From contig OZ059896.1 in NCBI GenBank assembly GCA_964057225.1, positions 11,346,001 through 11,410,000 on the forward strand: a stretch of DNA of 64,000 nt, given 5' to 3'. Below are positions 26,958 to 40,778 of this stretch, in pieces. The translations under genes were made by a program, and so were the position numbers. The notes below the pieces were generated by a model that was not told the origin of the DNA, did no database searches, and was given only the letters and a program-made list of their open reading frames with translations. Each line of letters opens with the position of its first letter. Position 1 is the stretch's first letter. The DNA is from Auanema rhodensis. Taxonomy: Eukaryota > Animalia > Nematoda.

Positions 26958-29900
26958 AGAAAGAAATAATTTTTAATTATCGTCATCTGTCTGACATATT
27001 CTTGTATCAGTAAAAGTTTGAATAGAAGCAAAAGAGATGATATAAAAAAGAAAAAGACGGACACTAATATGCAAGGGAAAGTGACTATAATGGAATGGTT
27101 GGAGATCAAATGATTTTGATGAAATTAGATGATTAGATGTACTACAGGGAAGTATTAATTTACTTCATGTTATATCATTTATACTTATATGATCTATAAG
27201 TATGTATATTCACTTGAGAGAAGAAGAAAAAAAACTTATTACAAGATTTTTTGTGATATGGTATGTATTGGAAAGTGTCATGTTTTCAAACTTAACAACT
27301 TGTGTATGAAAAGCGAAATGATTGAAACTTCTAGTTCAGCATACAACTTTTACGGTATTTGCTGCTTTTAATATGTTGAACATTATGTTTGAGAACGAAG
27401 GCTGAAAATGGAATTGAGAAATGGAATGAAGGTGCATAATATTGAAAAATCAAAGTAGTATTGGAAAAAAATATAATTTCACTGTACAACATGATAGAAC
27501 TGAAATAAAACATAGGCTTATTAATATAAAAAAAGAAAATAGCCTAATAAAGCGTGAGCGAGTTTGATGATCCAATATGTGTGAATTGAGCAGATGATGA
27601 ATCAACAAAAGTCATCTAAAAATAATTGTAGCATAACATACATGATAAGCATTGTAATCCTATTCTCTTTCTTATGTTGAAAAGCTGTTTCTCATTTGCA
27701 TTTGCATACCATTATCGTTTTCTCTGTGTGTTTTTTTTTGACAAAAATGATATCAAATAGAAGACATACATTGTATGTATGTATACCATACTATAAGAGT
27801 AACAAACCCAGGCTGAACACTATGACAACACCCTGTTAAACTCAAGCTTCGAATCAAATCATATTATCAATGTGTGGAGTCATCAAACAAAAAACAAAAA
27901 TAACAACTTTTCGCATTATTTACTGAATAGTAAAAAGTAAACTATTTAAAAAGCAAGCTAAAAATACTCATCATACAGAAAAAAAACAGTAAACCTTGAA
28001 GTAAATTTCAAATATATGTGATCGAAATGAGCTATCCGAATGAAAGAGAATGGTTGTTAGAAATTCAGTTGATCTAGATAGGAAGTTCATTTGATGAAAC
28101 AATAGTTAAGAATTGAGATAAATTGTAAGAGAAATGAAGAGGTGGAGACGAGAAACTTTTTTAGAGAACAAAAAGGGAAATCTCTATAAAAGTGAGAACT
28201 GGACAATTGAACAATGATGAAAAGTTAAATAGGATGATACTGTCATCGATGGCAATAGATAATAGTAATTTTAGGAGATTACTTTTACCAATTTTAGAAA
28301 GAAACAATGATTTTTCTTCATTTTTCATTGTAACCATAATGTGAAAGACAGAAAAATTGTAAAACAAGGTAAAATATATAATGAAAATGCTAAAAACTGT
28401 ATGGCTGTATGAAATGAAAGACAGAAAGAGAGAAATGGGAAGAGAACATGTTCAGATTGCTTGTAAAGACATTTATCCAAAAAATAAATACTCTGTCAAG
28501 ATATTCAGTCTTTGAAAAATTTTGATTTTACCCTTAAGACAATAACTGTAATGTTCTTACTAAACATTACATCGACGTAAACCATTTTTACAAAAAAAAA
28601 AACAAAAATCAAACATTTTTTTTCGACGATGATTTTCATAATATCTTTAACGGATCATCCATTTAATAATATATATTGTTTCAGTGTTCGTGATGATATA
28701 TGGATTTAGATAATCTGAGAAAATAGCTATCGTAGTTTATTTTTACTCCACCTTTCTTGATGTTTACACTGTACCATTCGGATTTCTGCGGACAATCTTC
28801 GGAACAATTCTCTTATCTAGATGGCACAAACCATATACCCAAGGCCAATCGCATGCAAATCAAGGTGCCTTTCTCCATAGATTTCCCTAATTGCATACTA
28901 CTAGAGGCTGAATAGAGTGGTCAGTCCTACTCGTATACTAAACCATTCTGGTATATTATTCTACAAATATATTCATATTTTCATCTTTTCATGTTCAAAA
29001 ATTGTTACTTACAATAATATTTTTTTATTTTATTTTTATTATATTATCTATGCTGCTATATTGACTTTTACGAAATTCTTCATCTCAATGGCCTTAATCT
29101 GAGGTTGTAATCTTTGATCCGCCTCATGAAGCAGGACAACGATTTTCTATTACAGATAGAACTATCTCTTCTACGTCTTCACAACCATATATACCTTTGC
29201 TATGAGCCTTCATTGTTTATTATTTTAACTATTTTTATTGGTTATTCATCACTATTACCGTATATGTATATGTCTGTACAATAAAATTTCAAAGACAATC
29301 ATTGCCACCTGCTGAGTTTTCTCAAATTTGTCCGACATTTCATTCCATTTTCATTTTCTCATGCTCACAGTATCTTCTCCTATATTCCTTTTTCTAAATA
29401 TATATATATATATATATATATCATTAATTGATACTTTATTTCTATATTATCGTACTGTATGAAATCATGATATAAGGTTACAATTCGACAACTTTCCGGA
29501 AGTACTATGTTTTGCTCTAGTTACTGCGATGTTGTTAAAACCAAAAGATACACCCAAATCTATTCCGAATCTCATTCTTCTTTTGTCTAATATATTTGCA
29601 TTTTTGTATTGAAATTTTAAGAATAAAAATGTCTGTTCAGCTCACAAATTACAAAGTTTTTCAAACCTTCTGAATAAATCTTATTCATTTATTGATTATT
29701 TCAATAAATCATAAGTTTATGCGACTTTTCTCTTAAAATCCTATAAACTGGCAGAGAAATTCCTCGTTTAACCTTCTTTCATCTCAAACATTCTGGTGTC
29801 CTTGACTAAGCCATGAAAAGGGAACCGTTAATGATGCCGTTTTTCCATTTCTCACTATCCTACCCTTCATTTATCTATTTATAATTTCATGTTTAGGTGC

Positions 29901-30425
29901 AAATCTGAAATTTGTCGTCTTCGCCGTTATTATAACATCAGTCAATCGCTGTTAATAATCCTTAAATTTCTCTTTTTTGTCTCCAACTTTTAACATTTTA
30001 ATCAAATATTGTGCATAAAACAAGAAATGTACCTTATGAATTTATACTAACAATATGATTCATTCTTGTTATTTCATTTCCTGTATTGGACATGTTCAAT
30101 TTATCCTCTCGTTCTCTTAGAGTCGTTCACTTCTCTCGTTCTCTACTCTTTTTCTCATATGCCTCTATTCATGAGTGCTATTTGTATGTGTAGTGTCATA
30201 CAGTAGCTGTCAGGCTGGTTGCCTCGCCTCTTTTATTTCCCCCGCACAGGTTCCACCTTCCCAAACTAATTCTATTAATTGTTCTAACACAAAATTAATA
30301 ATTATTCAGTTGTACAATATGATATATAACGTATGTTTCATATACATCCATCTGTTACTCAGTAAAATTAGCTTAATCTAATAATTTGTTCATTCTCTTC
30401 ATCAATAACTTCTTTTCAGCGACGA

Positions 30426-31860
30426 ATGTCGTCACCTAGTGATTTTGGACGAAAAGGATGTCTCACCGGAGCCATCATAATGTCTCTAATAGGCATGGGC
30501 CTCACTATAGGAGCTATTTTAACTCCAAGTTGGCAGGTTCGTTCTCTTTGTTGTTATATTCAAATTTGACCTCGAAATATCTTTCTTCATCATTGATCTT
30601 TCAACCAATCGATTTTTGTCCGCTCTATGCTTTGGATTTCATAATTAAAGTCCTTTAAGCTATTGAAAAATAATATAAACTCTAAGAATAATCTTATCTT
30701 TATGCTCGATTTATGTTTGCAGGTTGTTAATTTGCGTGAATATAATTCAATTCACGAGCATGGTCTCTGGTTAGATTGTACAAGGCATAGTAGAGATGGT
30801 AATCACATATTACAGCGGTTAGTTCGTTTGTCATTAAATTTCTGAAATTAAAACTTTATTTTGCAGGTATGTAACAGTTTCTGAGCCTCTTCATTGCGTC
30901 TATAAATTTGACTACGATAAATATTCTGGAACATCTGAACTCGAAGACGATAATAGTCCTGTTGGAGAAGTCAACCGTCATAAATTTTATGGTATTTATT
31001 GAAATATTCTTATAACCTTTTCAAACCTTTTTTTTTCAAATTCAAGCTTATAACCAATCAATAATCTTTGTTACAGGTTGGCATACTGCTACCCTAATTC
31101 TTCTTGGGTTGTCACTAATAACCTCGTTCTTGTCTGTATGTCTTGGAATATGTTCATGCTGTTATGGATCTTTGTCTCTTGTTTTTACTGCTCTTCTTCT
31201 TATAACAAGTAATTTCAAATATAAGTTGCTAAATAACAGCATAAGTTTTCAGCATTTGTTTCTTCTGTTGCTGAAGGAATATTTTTCTTCTATTCTCACA
31301 GAGCAGATAACAGATTCATTAAGGGAATTGTTGGAACTTATGAGGTAAACCGTTATCTTATTCCTCTTTCATTTTTGAAATTTTCAGCAACGTGTTGGAT
31401 TGGCTTTCTTCTTAGAAATGGCAGCTTGTTTCTGTCATTTTATTTCATTTTTAATTGCTATGTTATCAACATATTTCTCTTTCTCTGGTGGAAAAGATTT
31501 ATCTGATCACTACAGTATTCAAAGAAGCTCCAGAACAAACGTAACCAATGTTGGAAGGTTTGATTTGTATGTTTATATGAATAATCCTTTTTTTCATTTT
31601 ATAGATCAATGGAATTCGACCCAATGATGTATCCAATGCAAACTCCTCAACCAACACGATACTCCAAACAAGAAGAATATGAAAGACAGGTAGCTGAAAG
31701 TATGCCTGAATTAGGTCTTAGGTTTGTTATTATAAAGCAGAAAGCATTTTCTATATTGAAGCTGTTGAAATTGAATAATTGCTTTTATAGAGCCTCAGCA
31801 TACCCTTCAACAGACTTTGCTCCACCAAGAATTAGGAGGAAGAGCGAAACTTGTGTTTAA
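30426..31860 (+). CDS. Claudin-like (Clc-like/PMP22-claudin superfamily) 4-TM protein
   Basis: TM1 followed by TPSWQ|VVNLREYNSIHEHGLWLDC (W-GLW-C claudin motif), four hydrophobic segments, C-terminus RRKSETCV (class I PDZ-binding-type ending). Confidence 0.92.
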
Positions 31861-33186
31861 ATAACAAGCAATCTCAGAACTGTATCATGTACCTTAATTT
31901 TAATTTTTACCTCTCAAAACCTATTCATTTCATTAATTCAAACGTATTCCGAGCCCTCTATGAAATAGAATTACTATTAGTAATATTATTATCATATTTA
32001 TGTATAGTAATATAATGCACAAACTAGTATTTGTTTGAAATTAACTGAACATTTCCAGAAAAGCTGAAGTGAAGCATTCCTTATTTCAATCTTGTTTTTG
32101 TTATGTTTTCTAACTTTTCTTTCGTGCATATTCCTTGGCTGCAGAATATCATGGGTCTCATTCTTCTCAATGGCTTTTGTCTTTGTGTTTCCTTATATAT
32201 GATATCGAAAAGGTGTTAAACTAAAAAAAAGAAATATCTCAAGTGCTTTCTAAACTGCCAATTTCCAATTTTCTCCTATTACTCATGATCACCATTCTGG
32301 CCGATTTTAGCAACCTTGAACCTGCTAGGAATGTATCCATAACATTTGAAGTATAAAGGAATAATAAAATGAGAAATATGTGTTACCTTAAATTATAATT
32401 TATATTTGATAATCAGACTAAATATGAAAATGAATGTTATATTCTTCTCACACTCTCTCAATACACACTTTCAATATTGGTCAAAACTTTCTCTTAATTT
32501 TTTTCCTTTTATGATAAATTTTTTTTTGATTTGCTGATGTTTTAGTTTAAAAGAAAAATTAATTCAAATGATTCAGGCCACAAAAGTACATTAACGTTCA
32601 TATAACGCTGCTGGATACATCGATTGAATCAGGCAGGCAAATTGCCAGACGTATAATAGATTGAGAATATAATTAGGTCAACAAGAGGAAAAGGTAGAAG
32701 ACGACGAAATAAACGTGAAATGAGAAGATACAGAGAGGAACGCTTGAACAAAAGATTTTAAACAAGGTTTTGAGGGGGGTGATCTGGAACTTTTACGGTA
32801 GTAATTGTAAAAAAAGAGTTAAGCTATACGAATATACTAGTTACTCGTTCATATATACAAATGAAAATCTATTTCGATTTGTTTTTGTTTTTTTTCATTA
32901 AATTTTATGTTATTATATATCTATTATAATATATAATTCTAATAATTAACTAGAATATTGAAACTTATAAAGATTGTTAAATCAAAATGATTATGAGTTA
33001 TTTTCATATAAAAACATAAAGTTAAATATGAATAAGATTCATATAATTTATAAAAATTATATACTGTATATGACGAAAGATTTATTTTTTAAAAATTATA
33101 AACAAACAAAATAGTTTTTTATTAATTGCCATAAAGGATATGATATTGTTGTTCAAATTTTCTTTGATTTGCTCACTTTGCTACTT

Positions 33187-34765
33187 CTATTTTGTCTTGA
33201 ATTGGTCTTCAACAGTATTTACATTTTCAAATATCATGTTAAGATCTTGCTCAAATGATTGTCTTAAATGTAAGTTTTAACAATTAACTTTTTACAAAAT
33301 GAATGAATCTACCCTCGGCGAGGTAAAACATAATAAGGAGCAACATAAGATGGTTGTTGATAGTACCTAAAAACAAGTTTAGATAGAATGTTAGCCTAGA
33401 ACTTACCAATAGTTATAGCTATATGTATTAATAGCTGGGCATTTATTTACGCATTCGCCAGTTGAACGATCTCGATAATAATATCCTCTCTCTTGATCAC
33501 ATGTACATCCATCAATACAGTAATTGTGACAGAGCTAAAAGAGTTAATGAAAGTATTTCAGTTATCAAATAATGATAAGATGATGATGCAAATTACTTAC
33601 CCAATTTGTTGAATCACATGTTCTCTCACATGGTATACAAACAGCATAAATTTCTTTAGCAGGACAAACTGCAATAAGCTCGACGATTCAGTTGCAACTT
33701 TCTACATAAATATCAGTTTATACCTCTATATCTGGTAACCATTCCATAATATGGTCGATGATCTGGAATATAAGGACGCAGACTTGGTTGTGGTTCTGCT
33801 ACAACTGAAGGCTGAGAGGATATAACGGCAGGTTGGAAAGCAGGGCAATCGCTTCTATATAAAGTATAAACATTCACAAATTAAAATACATAATAAAATA
33901 GAAAATTATGAACTTACGCCTTAATACAACGATTACCATCACGGTAATAGCCAAGTTTACATTGGCACACATTCACAAGGCAGCTTTGCACACAAATCTT
34001 TAAATTCTGAATCATAAAAGATAAATAAGTAAAGTTACCGGTCTTGGATTAAAGCATGTTGGTTCACAGGGAGTTCCACAAGACACTCTTTGTTGATTAG
34101 CACCACAACCATTATAACTATTTTCTTAAAAGAATAAATTTGTTCAAAAACTTTCATCAAATTAACTTGAGGTTGTAGTTGTAGTGGTTGCTGCTGTAGT
34201 GGTAGTAGTTCTTGGTGCAGCTGTTGTCGTGCATTTTTCAAATAGACATAAAACCTTGAAATATACAATATAATTAGTAATTAGTAATTATCTAATTCAA
34301 TAAAAATTCAATATTCATACCCCAGCTACAGCATTAGCAACTCGTTGTACGGTTGAATCTGCACTCGGGCGAACGTTTCCAACTACGTTTGCTTAAAATA
34401 CAATTAAATGATCAACTTTTGACTTTGTACAACAAACATGGACATTGAGATTTAGGAACACAAACGTTTTCGCTGTTCAATAGGAAGTTCTGTTTGCAGT
34501 GGCATGTTTTTCTTGGACACCCAGGAACCTATAGCTAAGTATTAATAAAAAAAAATTAATTAATTATGAAGTGTAACCTCTTCACATGTTATATTTGGAT
34601 TCGAGCATGTTTGTTTACAATATCTAACGCAGGAATGAACTTGATTTGGACCACATTCGTCTTGCTGAGCCAACAATGGTACTACAAAGGTAAACTAAAA
34701 TTTAAATTGAGGATTTATGAAAACAATTATATTGTGCTTACTAGAAGTATTGTTCGGAATTTCAT
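33187..34765 (-). CDS. Secreted protein with three TIL (trypsin-inhibitor-like Cys-rich) domains and a Thr-rich linker
   Basis: Signal MKFRTILL|FTFVVPLLA; CGPNQVHSCVRYCKQTCSNP...CHCKQNFLLNSENVCVPKSQCP; CGANQQRVSCGTPCEPTC...CQCKLGYYRDGNRCI; CPAKEIYAVCIPCERTC...GCTCDQERGYYRDRSTGECV. Stop is at 33309 if the last intron is unspliced, or 33187 via a final AAG-acceptor exon. Confidence 0.92.
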
Positions 34766-35374
34766 TAGAATTTCAAAGAAGAATATAGAAGATAAAAATG
34801 AACTATCTTCATTTATATAGTTTGTTTAACTATGCCCCAGATCTAATTTAGCTACCTGTTTTTCTTAAGATAATTGTTTTTATATCATTTCAGCGGAAAT
34901 ATAGAAATTCGCTATCATTATACTTATATGAACGTTCGTATATATACATATGTAAAAGATGTTTTTATAAAAACTGATTGATGAAGATCTGTTATTATCT
35001 CTGTTTTTTTTTTCATATGAAAACAACAGATAAGTTTTTGATATCTTGGCCTTATTATGCAGTAATCTTGCAGATATATACATATACAATCAATTTCATA
35101 GACATCTCGGAAAGTTGAAGCAATATAATATAATAATTCTTACCTCTTGAAATCAATAATATATTTTAAAATATATAAATTATTTTATGATCTGCTTGTT
35201 TTCAATAATTATTCTTTAGCAAAATTTGATATGATTATATAATACAATGAGCTTATATTTGGGGGGGGGGGGGATTAGGAACGGTAGGCTTATGCAGTGG
35301 TTGTTATCATCAGCACACTGATAATTAGAGTTATTTCTTCAGAGCACTCGGAATCTGGTCTCGCCCTTTCTAGC

Positions 35375-36548
35375 ATGGCCCTATTTTTTCTAAAATTTCT
35401 ATTTTTTCTCGGTTTGTTAATGATATCCTTGAATATGACATAATCTTATTTAGGTTCAATTAATGCTATACCATTCGATGATATCATTATACCAGCCCAA
35501 TACATTAACATGAATGAAGGAAGCAGTCAATGTGATTCGAAAATTCTAAACAGTTGTCAAGTGATATCCCGATCATATCCATGAATCTTTTTTCTTTATC
35601 ATTACAGGATAAATTTTCTTCTGATATCAATAGTACCAGTGATATATGGAATAATCCCGTGAATTTTAACACTGCTCTACAAACTATATATTTGAAAGTA
35701 TGTTCAAACAATATAAGATTTTAATTATTTATTTATTTAGGGAATTTCTGGCTTATTAGAAGTATGTAAAGCTAGGCAACATTTTCAACAATGTCTTGGT
35801 CTGCAGTATGATGCTTGCATGAATGTTGTATGTTATTTTTTATAAAATCTTTTGAAATTGCTGTAAACTTTCAATTTAGCAATTCTTAATGGGTTTTGGT
35901 CTAACTCTACAGAATGCTGATTACTATTTGCAAACCTTCCGTGAAATGGAATTTGATTGTGATGGAGGATTTTTACGTAATACTGACCAAAGTTCAACAT
36001 TTCTGAACTAAAAACTTAAGAAATATCACAAAACGAGCAATGTATTGGAACTACTTGGATCTTCAGTCGAGAAAACTTCAACGATTGTTTGAACGATTTT
36101 AATTCAGAAGTAGCAAAGGTGAATTAGGATATTATTTATCAAGATTCTAGCTAATAACGTTTCTTTGTTTTTATAAATTGTTATTTTCCTTTTAAGGATC
36201 CTTCTAAAATCTGCGTTGCGTCATCTAAACTACAGAAGTGCGGAGAAACTCTTTTCAAGCATTGTGGTCCAGAAGTAAGTAATCCATAAATACATTCTAC
36301 TAATACATATCTTTAGGCTTCATGGTGGCAATGTGAGAGAATACGTATTGGAATGAATTTGAAAGAATTCTGTGCTGAAAATGTATGTCAAGTTAGCTCT
36401 ACCAAACAACTAGCATCACAAGAAAGAAGAAAAAGTATATTCCATCGAAGAACAGGTAAGAATTAAAGTAAAAGAACTTTATAACTTATAGTTATTTTCA
36501 GCTAGAAGTGAAATATTGAAGAATATAGCTAAACGGAAACATTTATAA
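35375..36548 (+). CDS. Secreted Cys-rich nematode protein, tandem paralogue 1 of 3
   Basis: MALFFLKFLFFLGSINA signal; CDSKILNSCQ|DKF...GLLEVCKARQHFQQCLGLQYDACMN...EFDCDGGF...WWQCERIR. Confidence 0.88.
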
Positions 36549-36926
36549 AAGTTTTTTTTTCAAATCAGAAAGACAATAAAATATTTAATATTATTATAAT
36601 ACACATATAATATACATTCACTCACTAATATTTATCATTAACTCTGAATTAGAAATAGTCTGAATTGAAATTTTAACAATATTAAAAAATATTGAATTGA
36701 TTTAATTTCATCTATTGAAAAATGATATCATGTTCTCATTAAAAATTATTTTATGAGCATTTGATAAGAATAATTAGAAACATGATAAAGACAATCACTA
36801 AGACAGCGCCTTATTAAAATCGACATTTGTTTCACATATATACATATAATATTGTTTTTACCAACAATATTTCACAAAACGTTATATAAAAAATTTAAAA
36901 TTAGTTTTCAAGGATATTCATCACTT

Positions 36927-37995
36927 ATGATGAAGATTCTACTTTTCCTGATATCTTGCTCTATTGCATATGGACAATTAATCTTGGATTATGAGTTGCC
37001 CAAGAATATTATAGCTCTTCTAGCAGAAAACTCTAAAATGACTCCTCCCCTCAACGTAAGTAGATTTTAATTCTTTGAATATAATATTGTTTTTTTTTTA
37101 AGGCCGCTATTACTCCATGCATTGATCCTGCTTTCAATCATTGTCAAGTAAATTCTTTGTATCAAAAAATATTAATTCTATTCTATTCGTTTCTAGGCAG
37201 TTTTCAACTCGGAAGTAAACGTGGATGAAAATCTTGGCTATCAGAGAGGAACAGAGCTTTATCAGACCGTAAATGCACTTCTTGATGGAAATACAACTGA
37301 GATCTTGAAAATCTGCAGGTAAATCGAGTAACTACAGAGTTCTTTCGAACTTTATATGTTTAAGTGCAAGAACCAAATTTTATAAATGTCTTGGATCTTC
37401 TTACTACGTTTGTCTTAATCTGTTTAATATTATTAGTAGAAATGGTGTAGATTATGTAAACGGTAAACTGATTATGAATCATTCTCTACTAACATTGTAT
37501 TTAGGCTTTGATTACACAAGAACTTTTATGAGCTTGGAATTTTTATGCAACGCTGGATTCGAAGGTTTTTCATCTTTTCTTCTCATTTTTATATTTTTGA
37601 ATATGAAATGATGATTATATGAGTTCTGGTTTCAGAAGTTATAAACCAATATTCGTGTTTGAAGAATATTCCCACAACCAAACTTTACAAAAATTGTTTA
37701 AGTAAAATAAACGAAACCTCGAAGCCTGGTGATCTCTGTCCGTAAGTAAAAACATTTAGAAGAAAATAATCAAATTATTTCAAATTCTTAAGAAATGTTG
37801 ATGAAGCATCCCAATGTCTGTACGGTGTTTATAATAACGCATGTGCATCAAAGGCTGTCAGTTTTACATATTATATCTCATAATTACATATATTAAATTA
37901 TAATTTTTATATTTTAGGCTGGATATTACGGATGTGAAAATTTCAGAACCACATTTGATCAAACTTGTTATGGATTACGTTGCAATGTGGTATAG
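36927..37995 (+). CDS. Secreted Cys-rich nematode protein, tandem paralogue 2 of 3
   Basis: MMKILLFLISCSIAYG signal; CIDPAFNHCQ...ILKIC|SARTKFYKCLGSSYYVCLN...EFLCNAGF...YYGCENFR...LRCNVV*. Confidence 0.88.
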
Positions 37996-38178
37996 TACAA
38001 TCTATTCGACAGACAAATTACTCGTTGTGATATCTTATTTTCAATATAAATGTAAAGCAATTAATTGAAATAAAATTGGAAACATTGATTAATCGGATTA
38101 TGATAACAGGGCAGGTCTAGATAAAACTATATCAAATTCTATGCGAACACTCCTTCTCAGATCGGGACGAGAAAAAGA

Positions 38179-39034
38179 ATGAGCAGCAATATAACGCTTC
38201 TTCTTATAATATCAAGTGAGGCAAATTATATTCTATATATTCTATATTTCTGATATTATTATAATATTTTTAGCTATTTTAAGTGTTGTTCATGCTGAAT
38301 GCGAGACACAACAATTTCTAAAATGCCAAGAAACGTTTTCTCAATCTCTTGGAGTTGATACCTCGTATAACTGGAATGATCCTGAAGGTTTAGGTCGTCA
38401 AATTGAGAATATCTATGCTAACGGTAGAAAATCAAAGACAGACGAGAAGGGAATAATTGGAGTTTGCAAGTAAATTTCTTTCTTAAAAGTGAGCCGACAT
38501 ATATATGTTTCATTTCAGTTCTTATAATGTGTTTATGGAATGTTTAGATAAGAATAATTTTACCGCTAACGATTGTTTTAATCCACGATTCATATTGAAA
38601 AGTATGGTTAAACCAGATGAATCTTATATGTATTCCTCTTTAATGAATATGATACAATATCAATGTGGAGCTGGATTTTATCGTAACTTCATATTAATTA
38701 TTCTATTATTCAAAAATATTTTCTTTTAGCCGCTATTGATAATTGGAATTGCTTACAAACATTGTATCAAAAACAATCGGATAAGATTTCAGCTTGTGTG
38801 CGTGATTTTAATCAAAATTCCAAATATGATCCTTCAAAGGTAAAGCAAAAGCATATTTTTTGGAATTAATGCTTAATGTACGTTAAGGCATGCCAACATG
38901 TTGAGAAAGGAATGCAGTGTTGGTCGAGTATTGTTCGCGGATGTGGACAAGTTCCTCAATTTTATGCATGTGAATCATTTAAAGAATACACAATTCCTAA
39001 ATACAATTATTGTTCTGCTTCATGTGTTGTTTGA
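38179..39034 (+). CDS. Secreted Cys-rich nematode protein, tandem paralogue 3 of 3
   Basis: MSSNITLLLIIS|TILSVVHA signal; CETQQFLKCQETF...WNDP...GIIGVC|NSYNVFMECL...QYQCGAGFY...FYACESFK...ASCVV*. Confidence 0.9.
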
Positions 39035-39574
39035 TTTTGTGAAATTTCAAATAACATTTCTTATATTATAATAAACACTTTGCGATATTTCATTTTTTAA
39101 ACTATTTATACTTCAAAATATTATTTGTCAACATTTTTTAGGGTATGAAACATCTCTTGAAGCTAGTTCTGTAAGTTTTGTTGAGCAATAAGAAAAAGGA
39201 AATATCGATGTATTATTCCTATTCACCAGTTTCTCGTGAGTGTCTTTTTGTGTTGTCGTTTGTTCCTCTAATAACATACCGATTAAGAGATTAAAAGACA
39301 CTGTCAATCGTAAAATGAGGGAGAACATGAGGAAAAGGAAGAAACGACAGACAAGCTATTTGACAGACTAAGTTCAACCTGTCGCTGTCTTCGTCGTTGT
39401 TGTCATCTACATCTATAGTAGTCTTCACCTGTTGAGTCTAACTGTATAACTACATGTACAAGAAGTGGAAATTCATTTCTTTACTCCCATACCTTAGTTT
39501 TACATTGAATATCGTTTTATTAAAAAATATCCAATCATTAATTTGATTTTTATTTATTTAAACTGTTCGTTAGA

Positions 39575-40079
39575 ATGAAGTATACGTTCATATTTCTGTG
39601 TGCGATTTGTTTGGTTTCCCCTTGGGTCATATACAGAAGAAATCAAAAAAGAAAGTTGATATGTAAGGTTAGTAATAGTTCCATAGCTATGTCTTGTCGG
39701 AAGTTTGATATTTCTAAATTAAGTTGGTTTTGATCATTTTTTTTTATTAAATAGTTATTTATGCTTAAATATATTTTAGGAAGAAAATGAGTGGTCTAAT
39801 TCAACGTTAGATATTAATCAAGATGATTTGACAATAAGCAGAAGAAAACGAGATGTAGATGTTGATCCAATCCATAAAGAACCTATCATATACCTAGGGG
39901 TATTTTAATTCTTTTTCATTGAATTTTTGTTTCTTTTATTATTTAAGACTCGAGGAAATTCATCCGTCTTCATTGATGATGGTGATTTTGACATTGTGTC
40001 TGATCAATTAACAGCAGAAGAGCTTACTGAAGTGAAGAGACAGATCATGAATACATGCAATGCATTGAATTCAAATTAA
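39575..40079 (+). CDS. Small secreted or membrane-targeted orphan with an RRKR furin site, 3 exons (absent from the ORF track)
   Basis: MKYTFIFLCAICLVSPWVIYRRNQKRKLICK|EENEWSNSTLDINQDDLTISRRKRDVDVDPIHKEPIIYLG|TRGNSSVFIDDGDFDIVSDQLTAEELTEVKRQIMNTCNALNSN*. Confidence 0.75.
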
Positions 40080-40307
40080 CCTACACTGTTTAAAATATAT
40101 TGTACTTGTCTGTTTTTTTATAAATTTAGATAGTATATGTAGGTATATGTATATAAATATACTTATATATGTATATGTATATGCTACTATCTAAAAAAAA
40201 TAAATTAATACAACTATATATAAATAATTTTTCAAATCAAAAGATTTTTTTATTATCAAATATATTAAAAAAAAATAAAATTTATGACATATTTTTGAAA
40301 TATATCT

Positions 40308-40778
40308 CTATAGATAGGACATACTTTCATCTAAACATAGCTTCGTTTTCGTGTTCCAATACCCATCAGGGAAAGCGATCCGCATGGGACTGCAGATTTC
40401 GCTTGTGAGCGATATGCCGTCTATATCTTGTCTTCTCTCATCTTGAAGTAGTCTTGTTAAGTTTCTAGAGTTTAGAATGTATTCCTTAGAGAACAGATGA
40501 AGATTCAACATTTCCAGCATACAAACTTGATAGCGGAAAGCTAGGAATGGCACCGATGAAAAGAGATATTGGAATATAGTTTACAGCTTCGTCCTTAATA
40601 TATCCTTTACCGCAATATTTACTTATATTTAACCTGTAGATTGTGATATAAATTAACTTAATTCTGTAGATAAATTACACAAACTGAGAAAGAACGCACT
40701 AGAGAACAGAAGAGGAAGAAAGATAAAAGGGTGGGGACAGCCGGAAAACGAATGCAGGAAGAATTAAAGAGACCCCAT
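40308..40778 (-). CDS. Small micro-exon gene, putative N-myristoylated 72-aa protein
   Basis: Exons 40778-40774, 40633-40611, 40540-40527 and 40484-40308 give MG|LNISKYC|AFRYQ|EYILNSRNLTRLLQDERRQDIDGISLTSEICSPMRIAFPDGYWNTKTKLCLDESMSYL*; an in-frame upstream ATG exists at 40832. Confidence 0.5.

Noticed and set aside
32000-32340. Possible small minus-strand gene (MDTFLAGSRLLKSARMVIMSNRRKLEIG|RNTKTKAIEK...)
   Set aside because: Needs a suboptimal acceptor, has no recognisable motif, and may be claudin 3' UTR; not supportable without RNA data.
39343-39395. Hairpin ACGAC-AGACA...GACAG/CTGTC...TGTCT-GTCGT
   Set aside because: Short helices separated by large asymmetric bulges; not pre-miRNA-like.
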